NCBI GenBank assembly: GCA_029007845.1
Contig: JAQXIP010000009.1
Span: 6,648 to 70,647, forward strand
Direction of reading: 5' to 3'
From: Clostridiales bacterium
GTDB taxonomy: Bacteria > Bacillota > Clostridia > Lachnospirales > Lachnospiraceae
Length of the DNA: 64,000 bases
The notes under the pieces: model-generated
Told to the model about the DNA's origin: nothing
Database searches by the model: none
Seen by the model: the letters and a program-made list of their open reading frames with translations, nothing else
Translations under genes and position numbers: made by a program
Shown here: in pieces, positions 47,531 to 56,781 of the stretch
Layout: each line of letters opens with the position of its first letter
Numbering within the stretch: position 1 is the stretch's first letter

Positions 47531-48808
47531 ATGAAAATGGGTTATCAGTTTTTATTAGACATTGCAATTATTCTGTTGAGCACCAAAGTATTAGGATTGA
47601 TTACCAAACGATTTCATATGCCGCAGGTAGTAGGTGCATTACTGGCAGGACTGTTGCTTGGACCAGCGATGTTTGGTGTGTTAACGGAGACAGAATTCCT
47701 TACACAGCTGTCGGAAGTAGGAGTCATTGTTTTAATGTTCTGCGCCGGACTTGAGACAGAGATTGACCAGCTTAAGAAGGCAGGTCTGGCATCGTTTATC
47801 ATTGCCCTGTTTGGTGTCTTAGTTCCTCTTGGTGGAGGGTTCCTTGTATCTTACTTCTTTAACACATCTTCCGATGGGGCACAGGCCGCTCCGTTTCTGC
47901 AGAACCTCTTTATCGGTGTCATTTTAACGGCTACTTCGGTAAGTATTACCGTGGAGACATTAAAAGAGATGGGTAAGTTAAATACCAGGTCGGGTAACGC
48001 CATTTTAGGAGCAGCGGTTATTGATGACGTGCTTGGAATTATTGCCCTGACTATGATTACCAGCCTTGCAGGCAGCGGGGAGGGTAGTGCATCTGCCGGA
48101 ATCGGTATGGTTCTTTTAAAAATCGCATTGTTTTTTGTATTCCTTTTTGTCGTTGGATTTTTGTTTTACAAGCTGTTCGGCAAATGGACTTCTACATATA
48201 AGAACAATATGAGACGGTTTGTAATTACGGCATTCGTATTCTGTCTGTTGATGGCTTATTTTTCCGAGACACTTTTTGGGGTTGCAGATATTACAGGTGC
48301 ATTTTTTGCAGGACTGATTATCTCCGGTACGGAAAAAAGCCATTATATCTCTGCACGGTTTGATACGTTATCGTACCTGCTGTTATCACCTGTCTTTTTT
48401 GCAAGTATCGGGCTTAAGGTAGAACTGCCCCGTATGACAACAGCCATTGTCCTGTTTTCTGTGCTGCTGGCAGTTGTGGCAATCCTGACAAAGATTCTTG
48501 GCTGCGGCCTTGGAGCAAAGCTGATGAAATATTCCACAAAGGATTGTCTGAGAATTGGTGTCGGTATGATTTCCCGTGGTGAGGTAGCCCTGATTGTGGC
48601 GAATAAAGGAGAAGCGGTGGGATTGATGAACAAGGATTTTATGGGACCGATTATTATCGTCGTATTAGTCACAACGATTATCGCCCCGATTCTTCTTCCA
48701 CTTGTCTACCGTTCCAAGAACAATAATGTTGAGGATAGACACACATCACCATTGCTGGAATCAGTAGAAAGTATGGAAAAATATCAGGATACTACTGCTC
48801 CAAAGTAG
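47531..48808 (+). CDS. Cation:proton antiporter (CPA/Na_H_exchanger family)
   Basis: 425 aa with 11-12 TM helices. Motifs HMPQVVGALLAGLLLGP and MFCAGLETE are typical of the family. Confidence 0.8.
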   Translation: MKMGYQFLLDIAIILLSTKVLGLITKRFHMPQVVGALLAGLLLGPAMFGVLTETEFLTQLSEVGVIVLMFCAGLETEIDQLKKAGLASFIIALFGVLVPLGGGFLVSYFFNTSSDGAQAAPFLQNLFIGVILTATSVSITVETLKEMGKLNTRSGNAILGAAVIDDVLGIIALTMITSLAGSGEGSASAGIGMVLLKIALFFVFLFVVGFLFYKLFGKWTSTYKNNMRRFVITAFVFCLLMAYFSETLFGVADITGAFFAGLIISGTEKSHYISARFDTLSYLLLSPVFFASIGLKVELPRMTTAIVLFSVLLAVVAILTKILGCGLGAKLMKYSTKDCLRIGVGMISRGEVALIVANKGEAVGLMNKDFMGPIIIVVLVTTIIAPILLPLVYRSKNNNVEDRHTSPLLESVESMEKYQDTTAPK

Positions 48809-49655
48809 ATTCCAGATCTTCTAATATGGAATAAGGAATGGACAGATTGTGCTTTCCTGTCCCGATTTCAATCAGCGGTTTGTTCTGGCCATGAAAGTCA
48901 GACCCACCGCTGATTTTTAGATGGTATTTTTTCGCAAGCGCTCTTACTTTTTCTTCGTCATTTCCAAGGTTATTCGAATAGATCGCCTCAATTCCTTTTA
49001 ATCCATGAGAAGAAAGCCGGTGTACCAGCACATCCAGATCCTCATCAGACAGGTGGTAAAGAAGGGGATGAGCCAGCACCGGAACGCCACCGGCTTTAAG
49101 GATTAAGTCAATGCCCTCCTCCGGGGATAAATAGGTTCTGCCTACATAGTACGGACCGTCTTCATTGAGATATTTGGTGAAGGCTTCTTTCATTGTCCCT
49201 ACAATATTGTGGGCAATCATATATTTCCCGAAATGGGCTCTTGTAATGATGGCATCCCCGCAGAATTCCACTAATTTTTCGTAAGTAATATCAATTCCGG
49301 CCTGGGAAAGACGTTCTGTCATTTTCCGGTTCCGGTCATTGCGCTCCTGTTCAGCCTCGAAAAGCGCCTTCTTTAATGGCTCGGATTCTGGATCAATGAA
49401 TAATCCAAGCATATGAATATCCTTCTTCCGGAATCCAAGGGACAGTTCCACTCCCGGAATCAGCCGGAAGTCTCCTCCATCTGCCCGGATAGCACAAGCT
49501 GCTTTCTCTGCTTCCATAATTCCCTTTACCGTGTCATGGTCGGTAAGTGCAATTGCTGATAAATGATGGTTATATGCATACATAACCAGTTCGGACGGAC
49601 TTAAGGTTCCGTCCGATACTGAAGAATGGGTGTGAAGATCAACCGTTCGTTTCAT
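48792..49655 (-). CDS. PHP-domain phosphoesterase (TrpH/YciV-like)
   Basis: 287 aa with DLHTHSSVSDG, ALTDHDT, LAHP and GGSDFHG. Its 3' end overlaps the convergent antiporter gene by 17 nt. Confidence 0.8.
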   Translation of the reverse strand: MKRTVDLHTHSSVSDGTLSPSELVMYAYNHHLSAIALTDHDTVKGIMEAEKAACAIRADGGDFRLIPGVELSLGFRKKDIHMLGLFIDPESEPLKKALFEAEQERNDRNRKMTERLSQAGIDITYEKLVEFCGDAIITRAHFGKYMIAHNIVGTMKEAFTKYLNEDGPYYVGRTYLSPEEGIDLILKAGGVPVLAHPLLYHLSDEDLDVLVHRLSSHGLKGIEAIYSNNLGNDEEKVRALAKKYHLKISGGSDFHGQNKPLIEIGTGKHNLSIPYSILEDLESTLEQ

Positions 49656-49792
49656 AGAATGCCTCCTTGCGTTTTTTCAAAACCAGACACATGCAGATAA
49701 AGTATTTTCATGGCTGGTATATTTTCAAACCTTCTCCATATACTTTATCATATATGGCCGCAGTTTTGTACCGTAACTGCAAAGGAGTGTAT

Positions 49793-50134
49793 ATGAAAGT
49801 ATTAAAATCACTAGTATTTTCCTATGTAATAACCGGAACCCTTTTGTTTCTTCTTGCTTTTCTTCTATATGAACTCCGGTTTTCGGATACGATGATTCGT
49901 GTGGGAATGGTAGTCGTTTATTTGTTTTCTGCATTTGCCGGTGGTTTTTATCTAGGAAAAAAGACCGGGAAACGAAGGTATCTGTGGGGAATCCTGTCCG
50001 GATTTCTCTATTTTCTCATTCTTCTTATCCTGTCCTTTGCCATGAATGGCCTGACACTGGTACATGGTGGCAGCACCGCCATGGTTCTTCTTTTGTGTGC
50101 ATTTGGCGGAATGCTTGGAGGGATGGTGAGCTGA
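49793..50134 (+). CDS. Small membrane protein (TIGR04086-like, 4 TM)
   Basis: 113 aa from ATG 49793 (AAAGGAG at 49781-49787). Hydrophobic with a GG-rich C-terminus. The track N-terminal extension has no RBS. Confidence 0.55.
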   Translation: MKVLKSLVFSYVITGTLLFLLAFLLYELRFSDTMIRVGMVVVYLFSAFAGGFYLGKKTGKRRYLWGILSGFLYFLILLILSFAMNGLTLVHGGSTAMVLLLCAFGGMLGGMVS

Positions 50135-50153
50135 GGAAAGGTGGAAAATCTTT

Positions 50154-50373
50154 CTAACAGTTCAGCCGTGGCGAGCGCACAGCTGCCGGAGAAGCATGCA
50201 AAATATCAGGTATTATGAAATATCCCTTTGAACACGTCGGCACTTGGTTTTGCATGTTTTTTGCAAAACCTTAGTACCGCTACGTGTTCAACGGAGCAAA
50301 AGCGGATATTTCATGGTATCTGATATTATGCATGCTTTCGCCGGCTGTGCGCTCGCCACGGCTGAACTGTTAC
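50154..50373. mobile_element. Family-A MITE, full-length 220-bp palindromic copy
   Basis: About 30-bp terminal inverted repeats (C/G)TAACAGTTCAGCCGTGGCGAGCGCACAGC. The two halves are inverted copies of each other. Flanked by direct AAATCTTT at 50146-50153 and 50374-50381. Confidence 0.85.
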
Positions 50374-50403
50374 AAATCTTTTTTGGAAAGTCGCAAAAAC
50401 TCT

Positions 50404-50431
50404 TTGCAATCCTTGGAAGGTATGCTATAAT
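50404..50431 (+). promoter_or_regulatory. Candidate extended -10 promoter of the SCIFF locus (TTGCAA-16-TGcTATAAT)
   Basis: TTGCAA at 50404-50409 and TGCTATAAT at 50423-50431, about 35 nt upstream of the precursor start. Confidence 0.55.
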
Positions 50432-50467
50432 AGGAACGGTTTACAAGAAAATAAGGAGGTGCTTATC

Positions 50468-50608
50468 ATGAAGCATGTTAAGACATTAAGCACACGTAAC
50501 TTAAAAGAGTCCATGAAAAAGGGCGGTTGTGGCGAATGCCAGACATCTTGCCAGTCTGCTTGCAAGACATCTTGTACAGTCGGCAATCAGAGCTGTGAGA
50601 ATCAATAA
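50468..50608 (+). CDS. scfA: SCIFF (six-cysteine) ranthipeptide precursor, 46 aa
   Basis: Reads MKHVKTLSTRNLKESMKKGGCGECQTSCQSACKTSCTVGNQSCENQ. RBS AAGGAGG upstream. GGCGEC plus six Cys matches the SCIFF signature. Below the ORF-track size cutoff. Confidence 0.85.
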   Translation: MKHVKTLSTRNLKESMKKGGCGECQTSCQSACKTSCTVGNQSCENQ

Positions 50609-50629
50609 TCAATTCTCCGGTGAAAGCAT

Positions 50630-50665
50630 GGGCAGCGATTGTGGTCGCTGCCCGTTATATTTGTT
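50630..50665 (+). terminator. Hairpin between the precursor and maturase genes (partial terminator or attenuator)
   Basis: GGGCAGCGA-TTGTGG-TCGCTGCCC followed by GTTATATTTGTT. Confidence 0.45.
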
Positions 50666-50689
50666 CTGTAGTATGGAAGGAGTTATGTT

Positions 50690-52090
50690 GTGATACACCA
50701 ATATAAAAGCAATGGTTATAACATTGTACTTGATGTAAACAGCGGGAGTGTCCATGTTGTGGATGACCTGGTGTATGATATCATTGAACAGTATGAACAG
50801 ACTCCAAAAGAAAAACTGACTGACAAGCTGGTGGCAAAGTATAAAGAACTGCCTCCATATAACACTTATCAGGAATCAGCACTTTTGGAAGAAGTAAAAG
50901 AAGCCATTGCAGAAGTAGAAGAGTTAAAAGAAGAAGGAAGCCTGTTTACAGAAGATATCTATAAAGATTATATCTTCGACGTAAAGAAGCGGCCAACCGT
51001 AGTAAAAGCACTTTGCCTGCACATTGCCCATGACTGTAATCTGGCATGCCGCTATTGCTTTGCCGGGAAGGGCGAATATAACGGCGATAAAGCATTAATG
51101 AGTTATGAAGTGGGAAAACAGGCACTGGACTTTCTGATTGCTAATTCAGGCAACCGGAGAAATCTGGAAGTGGATTTCTTTGGAGGAGAGCCGCTGATGA
51201 ACTTCCAGGTAGTGAAAGATCTGGTGCGGTACGGACGGGAACAGGAAAAGATACATAACAAGAATTTCCGTTTCACGTTAACGACCAATGGGGTTCTGCT
51301 GGACGATGAGATTATGGAATTTGCCAATCAGGAGATGGCAAATGTAGTATTAAGTATAGATGGAAGGCAGAGTGTTCATGACTACATGCGTCCATCCAGA
51401 AATGGAAAAGGAAGCTACGAGCTGATTCTTCCGAAATTCCAGAAATTAGCAGAAAGCCGGAACCAGACCAACTATTATGTCCGGGGAACCTTTACCCATC
51501 ATAATCTGGATTTTGCACAGGATGTATTACACCTTGCCGATTTAGGCTTTAAGCAGATATCTGTGGAGCCGGTAGTAGCCCCGCCGGAAGAAGATTATGC
51601 GATCCGGGAAGAAGACCTGCCAGTCCTCTTAGAGCAGTATGATATTCTGGCAAAAGAGATGATCCGCCGGAAAAAAGAAGGAAAAGGATTTAATTTCTTC
51701 CACTTTATGATTGATTTAAGCGGTGGCCCATGTGTGGCAAAACGGTTATCCGGCTGTGGTTCCGGAACCGAGTATCTGGCCGTTACCCCTTGGGGGGATT
51801 TGTATCCTTGCCATCAATTTGTGGGAAATGAAGCATTTCTCATGGGAAATGTATACGACGGTGTGAAAAATACCGCACTGAGAGATGAATTTAAACAGTG
51901 TAATGTTTATGCCAAAAAGAAATGTCAGGATTGTTTTGCAAAATATTACTGCAGCGGTGGATGCAGTGCCAATTCTTATCATTTCCATAACAGTATTCTT
52001 GATGCGTATGAGATCGGGTGTGTATTGCAGAGAAAGCGGATTGAGTGCGCAATCATGATAAAAGCAGCTGAAGCAGACCAGGATTGTTAA
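50690..52090 (+). CDS. scfB: SCIFF radical SAM/SPASM thioether-forming maturase
   Basis: 466 aa with radical SAM CNLACRYC, a C-terminal SPASM Cys cluster (CGSG..., CQDCFAKYYCSGGC) and a GTG start 7 nt after GGAAGGAG. Confidence 0.85.
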   Translation: MIHQYKSNGYNIVLDVNSGSVHVVDDLVYDIIEQYEQTPKEKLTDKLVAKYKELPPYNTYQESALLEEVKEAIAEVEELKEEGSLFTEDIYKDYIFDVKKRPTVVKALCLHIAHDCNLACRYCFAGKGEYNGDKALMSYEVGKQALDFLIANSGNRRNLEVDFFGGEPLMNFQVVKDLVRYGREQEKIHNKNFRFTLTTNGVLLDDEIMEFANQEMANVVLSIDGRQSVHDYMRPSRNGKGSYELILPKFQKLAESRNQTNYYVRGTFTHHNLDFAQDVLHLADLGFKQISVEPVVAPPEEDYAIREEDLPVLLEQYDILAKEMIRRKKEGKGFNFFHFMIDLSGGPCVAKRLSGCGSGTEYLAVTPWGDLYPCHQFVGNEAFLMGNVYDGVKNTALRDEFKQCNVYAKKKCQDCFAKYYCSGGCSANSYHFHNSILDAYEIGCVLQRKRIECAIMIKAAEADQDC

Positions 52091-52142
52091 GTTTTGTCTG
52101 GTGAAAGGTTTTAGTAGTAAGTTGAAAGAAGGAGAAAAAATA

Positions 52143-54296
52143 ATGAAAGACACAAAGAAGGGCATCCTTCATATTCTGATCGTGATTGCTGCAATTGCGC
52201 TTATGGCGGTTGTAGTATTTGTCGGAGTGGGAAGCCACCATAAGGGAAAAGCAGAAAATATTAAACTTGGTCTGGATCTGGCGGGAGGTGTCAGCATCAC
52301 TTATGAAGCAAATGCCGATAATCCGACGGAAGAACAGATGAATGATACCGTATACAAGCTCCAGAAACGTGTGGAGAATTACAGTACGGAAGCAGCCGTC
52401 TACAAAGAAGGTGCAAAGCGGATTAATGTGGATATTCCAGGTGTAACTGATGCCAATGCCATTCTGGAAGCTCTTGGAAAAGCCGGAAGCATCCAGTTTG
52501 TTGAACCGGACGGAACGGTCGTAATTGATGGTTCGGATATTAATACAGCATCTGCCCAGACGAATACGCAAGGTGCGACTTCCTATGAGGTAAAACTCGA
52601 ACTGAATGGAAGCGGCAAAGAAAAATTTGCGGAAGCAACGGAGCGGTTAGTAGGACAGCAGATTTCCATTGTGTATGATGGCAGTGTAATCCAGGCTCCT
52701 ACCGTAAATACCGCTATTACCGATGGAGTTGCAGTAATCAGTGGTCAGGAATCTTTTGAGGCAGCGGAAGACCTGGCAGCCACTATCCGGATTGGTGCCC
52801 TTCCTCTGGAATTAAAAGAAGTACGTTCCAATGTAGTAGGTGCAAAACTTGGTTCCGAAGCAATCCGGACAAGTCTTATTGCCGGTCTGATTGGTTTTAT
52901 TCTTGTTATTTTATTCATGATCATTTATTACCGGATTCCAGGTGTTGCCGCAAGTATTGCGCTGACTGCATATGTTGCCATGGTTGCGATTGTGTTAAAT
53001 GGCTTTAACGTAACACTGACACTTCCGGGTATTGCAGGTATTATTCTTTCCATCGGTATGGCAGTAGATGCTAACGTCATTATCTTTACCCGTATCCGGG
53101 AAGAACTGGCAACCGGAAAGACCGTTCGTTCTGCAATAAAAATGGGCTTTGACAAAGCTATGTCTGCCATCGTCGATGGTAACATTACAACCTTGATTGC
53201 AGCCGTAGTGCTTTATCTGAAAGGCTCTGGTACCGTGAAAGGCTTTGCCCAGACACTGGGAATCGGTATTGTACTTTCCATGGTTACCGCATTATTTGTA
53301 ACAAAATTTGTCTTAAATGCTTTTTATAATATGGGTCTTGACAAAGAAAAATTCTATGGAGTACAGAAGAAAACAAAGACCATTCCATTTACAAAGCATT
53401 TTCCAAAGTTTGCAATCTTCTCCATTGTGCTGATTGCGATCGGTGTTGGGGCGTTATTTGTGAATAAGAGCCAGATTGGTGAGATCTTAAATTACGGTCT
53501 TGATTTCAAGGGCGGTACTTCCACAGAAGTTACCTTTACCGGGGATCTTCCATCCAACGATGAGATGGCAAAGGCCGTGGAAGATGCAACTGGCTGCAAG
53601 GCAGAGATCTCAGAAGTAAAAGGTGCGAATGCCCTTTTAGTGAAGACTACGGAATTAGATCTTTCCAAGAGAGAAGCCTTGCAAACTGCATTGCAGGAAA
53701 CTTATCAGGTGGAAGAGAAAAATATCCAGACGGAAAGCATCAGTGCTTCTGTAAGTGATGAGATGAAGTCAGATGCCATTATTGCGGTGATTATTGCTGG
53801 TATTTGTATGTTAATCTACATCTGGATTCGTTTTAAAGATTTCAATTTTGGTGCCAGTGCGGTGCTTGCATTGCTCCATGATGTTTTAGTTGTATTTATG
53901 GTATATTCGGTTGCCCGGATTGCTGTGGACAGCAACTTTATCGCATGTATGCTTACGATTGTAGGTTACTCTGTTAACGCAACCATTGTTATCTTTGACC
54001 GGATACGTGAGAATAAGAAGAAGATCAATGATCGTAATCTCGAGGCTCTTGCTGAAGTGGTTGATAATAGTATTACCGAAACAATCAGCCGAAGCATTAA
54101 TACTTCTTTAACAACCTTTATCATGGTATTCCTGCTTGCAATCCTTGGTGTAAGCTCCATCCGTGATTTTACCATTCCTCTTATGGTCGGTATTGTCTGC
54201 GGTGCTTATTCTTCAATCTGTATAACCGGAGCACTTTGGTTCTGTCTGAAGAAGATTACTACTAAAGAGAAAACCAGTGCCAAAAAAGCAAAATAA
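52143..54296 (+). CDS. secDF: Protein translocase SecDF fusion protein
   Basis: 717 aa from ATG 52143. Periplasmic-type SecD head (LGLDLAGGV), two 6-TM bundles and a SecF-like second half (LDFKGGT). Confidence 0.9.
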   Translation: MKDTKKGILHILIVIAAIALMAVVVFVGVGSHHKGKAENIKLGLDLAGGVSITYEANADNPTEEQMNDTVYKLQKRVENYSTEAAVYKEGAKRINVDIPGVTDANAILEALGKAGSIQFVEPDGTVVIDGSDINTASAQTNTQGATSYEVKLELNGSGKEKFAEATERLVGQQISIVYDGSVIQAPTVNTAITDGVAVISGQESFEAAEDLAATIRIGALPLELKEVRSNVVGAKLGSEAIRTSLIAGLIGFILVILFMIIYYRIPGVAASIALTAYVAMVAIVLNGFNVTLTLPGIAGIILSIGMAVDANVIIFTRIREELATGKTVRSAIKMGFDKAMSAIVDGNITTLIAAVVLYLKGSGTVKGFAQTLGIGIVLSMVTALFVTKFVLNAFYNMGLDKEKFYGVQKKTKTIPFTKHFPKFAIFSIVLIAIGVGALFVNKSQIGEILNYGLDFKGGTSTEVTFTGDLPSNDEMAKAVEDATGCKAEISEVKGANALLVKTTELDLSKREALQTALQETYQVEEKNIQTESISASVSDEMKSDAIIAVIIAGICMLIYIWIRFKDFNFGASAVLALLHDVLVVFMVYSVARIAVDSNFIACMLTIVGYSVNATIVIFDRIRENKKKINDRNLEALAEVVDNSITETISRSINTSLTTFIMVFLLAILGVSSIRDFTIPLMVGIVCGAYSSICITGALWFCLKKITTKEKTSAKKAK

Positions 54297-54321
54297 AACA
54301 ATCAGGGCAGCCTGATGATGC

Positions 54322-54366
54322 ATCCTGCGGAAGAGAAAGGAAACTGTTTCCGCAGGATTTTTTTTC
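54322..54366 (+). terminator. Intrinsic terminator after secDF
   Basis: ATCCTGCGGAA ... TTCCGCAGGAT followed by TTTTTTTT. Confidence 0.75.
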
Positions 54367-54386
54367 AAAAAAGGAGTCGAGAAGGG

Positions 54387-56174
54387 ATGGAACGCTGGTT
54401 TTTAAAAAAAGATGATGAGAGTATTAATAAGATTGCGGCAGATTACAACATCAGTCCGGTTCTTGCAGGGATCTGTGTACACAGGGGAGTCCGTTCCCCA
54501 AAAGAGATGGAAGCCTTTCTTTATCCCTCAAAAGAACATCTTGGTGATCCTTCCCGGTTAAAAGATGGGAGGAAGGCAGCAGAACTTCTGGCGATGCATA
54601 TTGAAGAAAAGAAGCGGATTCGTATTATAGGAGATTATGATGTAGATGGGATTATGTCGACATTTTTGCTGATATCAGCCCTTAACATGGCAGGTGCTCT
54701 GGCAGATTACCGGCTTCCTGACCGGATGAAGGACGGTTACGGGATGAATTGTAATATGATTGATGAGGCCAAAGAAGCAGGAGTCAGTCTCATTATTACA
54801 TGCGATAATGGGATATCTGCCTATGGGGAAGTAGAATATGCGAAGAAAAAAGGAATGGGTGTGATTGTGACGGATCATCATGACATTCCATATGAAGAAA
54901 CTGAAGAAGGCCGTACATACCGGATTCCCCCTGCAGATTGTGTGGTCAATCCAAAACAGCCAGACTGTCCTTATCCCTATAAGGAATTGTGTGGTGCTTC
55001 AGTGGCCTATCAGGTGCTTTCCCTCTTAAATGAGATTCATCCATTCTGTAAAGACTGGTATGAGCATTATCTTGGTTTTGCAGCATTTGCTACCGTGTGT
55101 GACGTGATGCCACTCTCTGGAGAGAACCGGACGATTGTCAAGCTGGGACTTCCGATGCTTTCGAATACATGGAATCCGGGACTTATGAGCCTCATCGAAT
55201 TAAGCGGTCTTTCGGGACAGGAACTGACCGCTTACCATCTGGGATTTGTGCTTGGACCGTGTCTGAACGCGGCAGGAAGGCTTGAGGTGGCAGATGAGGC
55301 ATTAAACCTGCTGCTTTCGTCAAAGGAACAGGCCAGAGAGCAGGCGGCAGCGTTAAAAGAGCTAAATGAGGAGCGGAAAAATCTGACGGAAATCTATCTG
55401 GAACAGGCGGTTGCCATAGCCGAGGAGGAAGAATATAAGGAGGACCGGGTTCTTGTGATCTATCTTCCTTTGTGCCATGAGAGTCTGGCCGGAATTATTG
55501 CCGGAAGAATCCGGGAGCGGTATTATAAGCCATGTATTATCCTGACGGATTCAAAAGATGGAGTAAAAGGCTCTGGCAGAAGTATTGACGGTTATTCGAT
55601 GTACGATGAACTTGTCAAAGTAAAAGAATTATTTTCCCGGTTCGGGGGACATCCTATGGCGGCAGGCATGTCGCTTCAATGCGATAGCCTGGATCCGGAG
55701 GAGAGAAAAAAGAAGGCTCTTAACCTGCGCAGGAGGCTGAATGAGAAATGCACCCTGACCGATGAGGATCTAATGCGGGTAGTTCGAATCGATGCCTGTG
55801 TTCCATTATCCTTTTGTACACTGGAAGAGATTGAAGAATTGTATCTTGCAAGACCTTTTGGAAAAGACAATCCAGAGCCTTTGTTTGTTGCAAAAGACTG
55901 CACACTCATAGCGGCAAGATGCTTTGGCAGGGAAAAACAGTACCGTAATTTCGATGTAAGACAAAAGGGCAGCATCGGTTTATATTGTTTTACACTGTTT
56001 CACGATGTAGAGTTGTTTGATGCATATATCAAAGAAAAATTCGGGGAAGACGGGCTGGATGCTCTGTATGCCGGGAAAGGGGCAGAATTAACACTTTCCC
56101 TTGTGTTTACAGCGCAGGTGAACGAATATCGTAATCAGAAAAAGCCCCAGCTTCTGCTAAAATATTATCGTTGA
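54387..56174 (+). CDS. recJ: Single-stranded-DNA-specific exonuclease RecJ
   Basis: 595 aa from ATG 54387. DHH-family motifs GDYDVDG, TCDNG, VTDHHD and FGGHPMAAG. Confidence 0.9.
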   Translation: MERWFLKKDDESINKIAADYNISPVLAGICVHRGVRSPKEMEAFLYPSKEHLGDPSRLKDGRKAAELLAMHIEEKKRIRIIGDYDVDGIMSTFLLISALNMAGALADYRLPDRMKDGYGMNCNMIDEAKEAGVSLIITCDNGISAYGEVEYAKKKGMGVIVTDHHDIPYEETEEGRTYRIPPADCVVNPKQPDCPYPYKELCGASVAYQVLSLLNEIHPFCKDWYEHYLGFAAFATVCDVMPLSGENRTIVKLGLPMLSNTWNPGLMSLIELSGLSGQELTAYHLGFVLGPCLNAAGRLEVADEALNLLLSSKEQAREQAAALKELNEERKNLTEIYLEQAVAIAEEEEYKEDRVLVIYLPLCHESLAGIIAGRIRERYYKPCIILTDSKDGVKGSGRSIDGYSMYDELVKVKELFSRFGGHPMAAGMSLQCDSLDPEERKKKALNLRRRLNEKCTLTDEDLMRVVRIDACVPLSFCTLEEIEELYLARPFGKDNPEPLFVAKDCTLIAARCFGREKQYRNFDVRQKGSIGLYCFTLFHDVELFDAYIKEKFGEDGLDALYAGKGAELTLSLVFTAQVNEYRNQKKPQLLLKYYR

Positions 56175-56235
56175 TATTTTTGCTGAAAATGATAGAATAT
56201 AATTAGGTATGTCAAATGAAAAGGAGAATGAGCAG

Positions 56236-56760
56236 ATGAAAAAGGTTGAGGAGTATGTAAGAAGTATTCCGGATTTTCCGGAACCGGGTATTATTTTCCG
56301 GGATGTTACCAGTGTAATCAAAGATCCGGATGGATTGAAGCTGGCAATTGATGGAATGAAAAAAGAATTGGATGGACTGGATTTTGATCTGGTAGTAGGA
56401 CCAGAGTCAAGAGGGTTCATTTTTGGTGTTCCGGTGGCATATTTGACAGGAAAAGGGTTTATTCCGGTTCGGAAAAAAGGAAAGCTGCCATGTGAAACCA
56501 TATCCGTGGAATATGAACTGGAATATGGCACCGCAGAGCTTGAACTCCACAAAGATGCCATAAAGCCGGGGCAGAGGGTCGTGATTATTGATGATCTAAT
56601 GGCGACCGGGGGGACTACCGAGGCAATTATCAAATTAGTGGAAGAACTTGGCGGACAGGTGGTAAAAATAGTCTTTTTAATGGAACTCGAAGGTCTGAAA
56701 GGCAGAGACAAACTGCAAGGATATGATGTGGCGTCAGTCATTCGTTACCCTGGAAAATAA
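56236..56760 (+). CDS. apt: Adenine phosphoribosyltransferase
   Basis: 174 aa from ATG 56236 (AAGGAG 9 nt upstream). Motifs FPEPGIIFRD and the PRPP motif VVIIDDLMATGGT. Confidence 0.9.
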   Translation: MKKVEEYVRSIPDFPEPGIIFRDVTSVIKDPDGLKLAIDGMKKELDGLDFDLVVGPESRGFIFGVPVAYLTGKGFIPVRKKGKLPCETISVEYELEYGTAELELHKDAIKPGQRVVIIDDLMATGGTTEAIIKLVEELGGQVVKIVFLMELEGLKGRDKLQGYDVASVIRYPGK

Positions 56761-56781
56761 AGATAATCTGGAGGATAGTTA

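Noticed and set aside
48792-48808. Convergent gene pairs overlapping at their 3' ends with no terminator between them (47531-48808/48792-49655, 22445-22840/22817-25291, 4903-6267/6225-6533, 9891-10358/10355-12376).
   Set aside because: Short convergent overlaps are common in compact Firmicute genomes. There is no evidence here for antisense regulation beyond the overlap itself.
56157-56741. 194-aa Ser-rich minus-strand ORF.
   Set aside because: It is antisense to apt. Its low-complexity Ser/Pro content is typical of the reverse frame of Glu/Gly-rich coding sequence.
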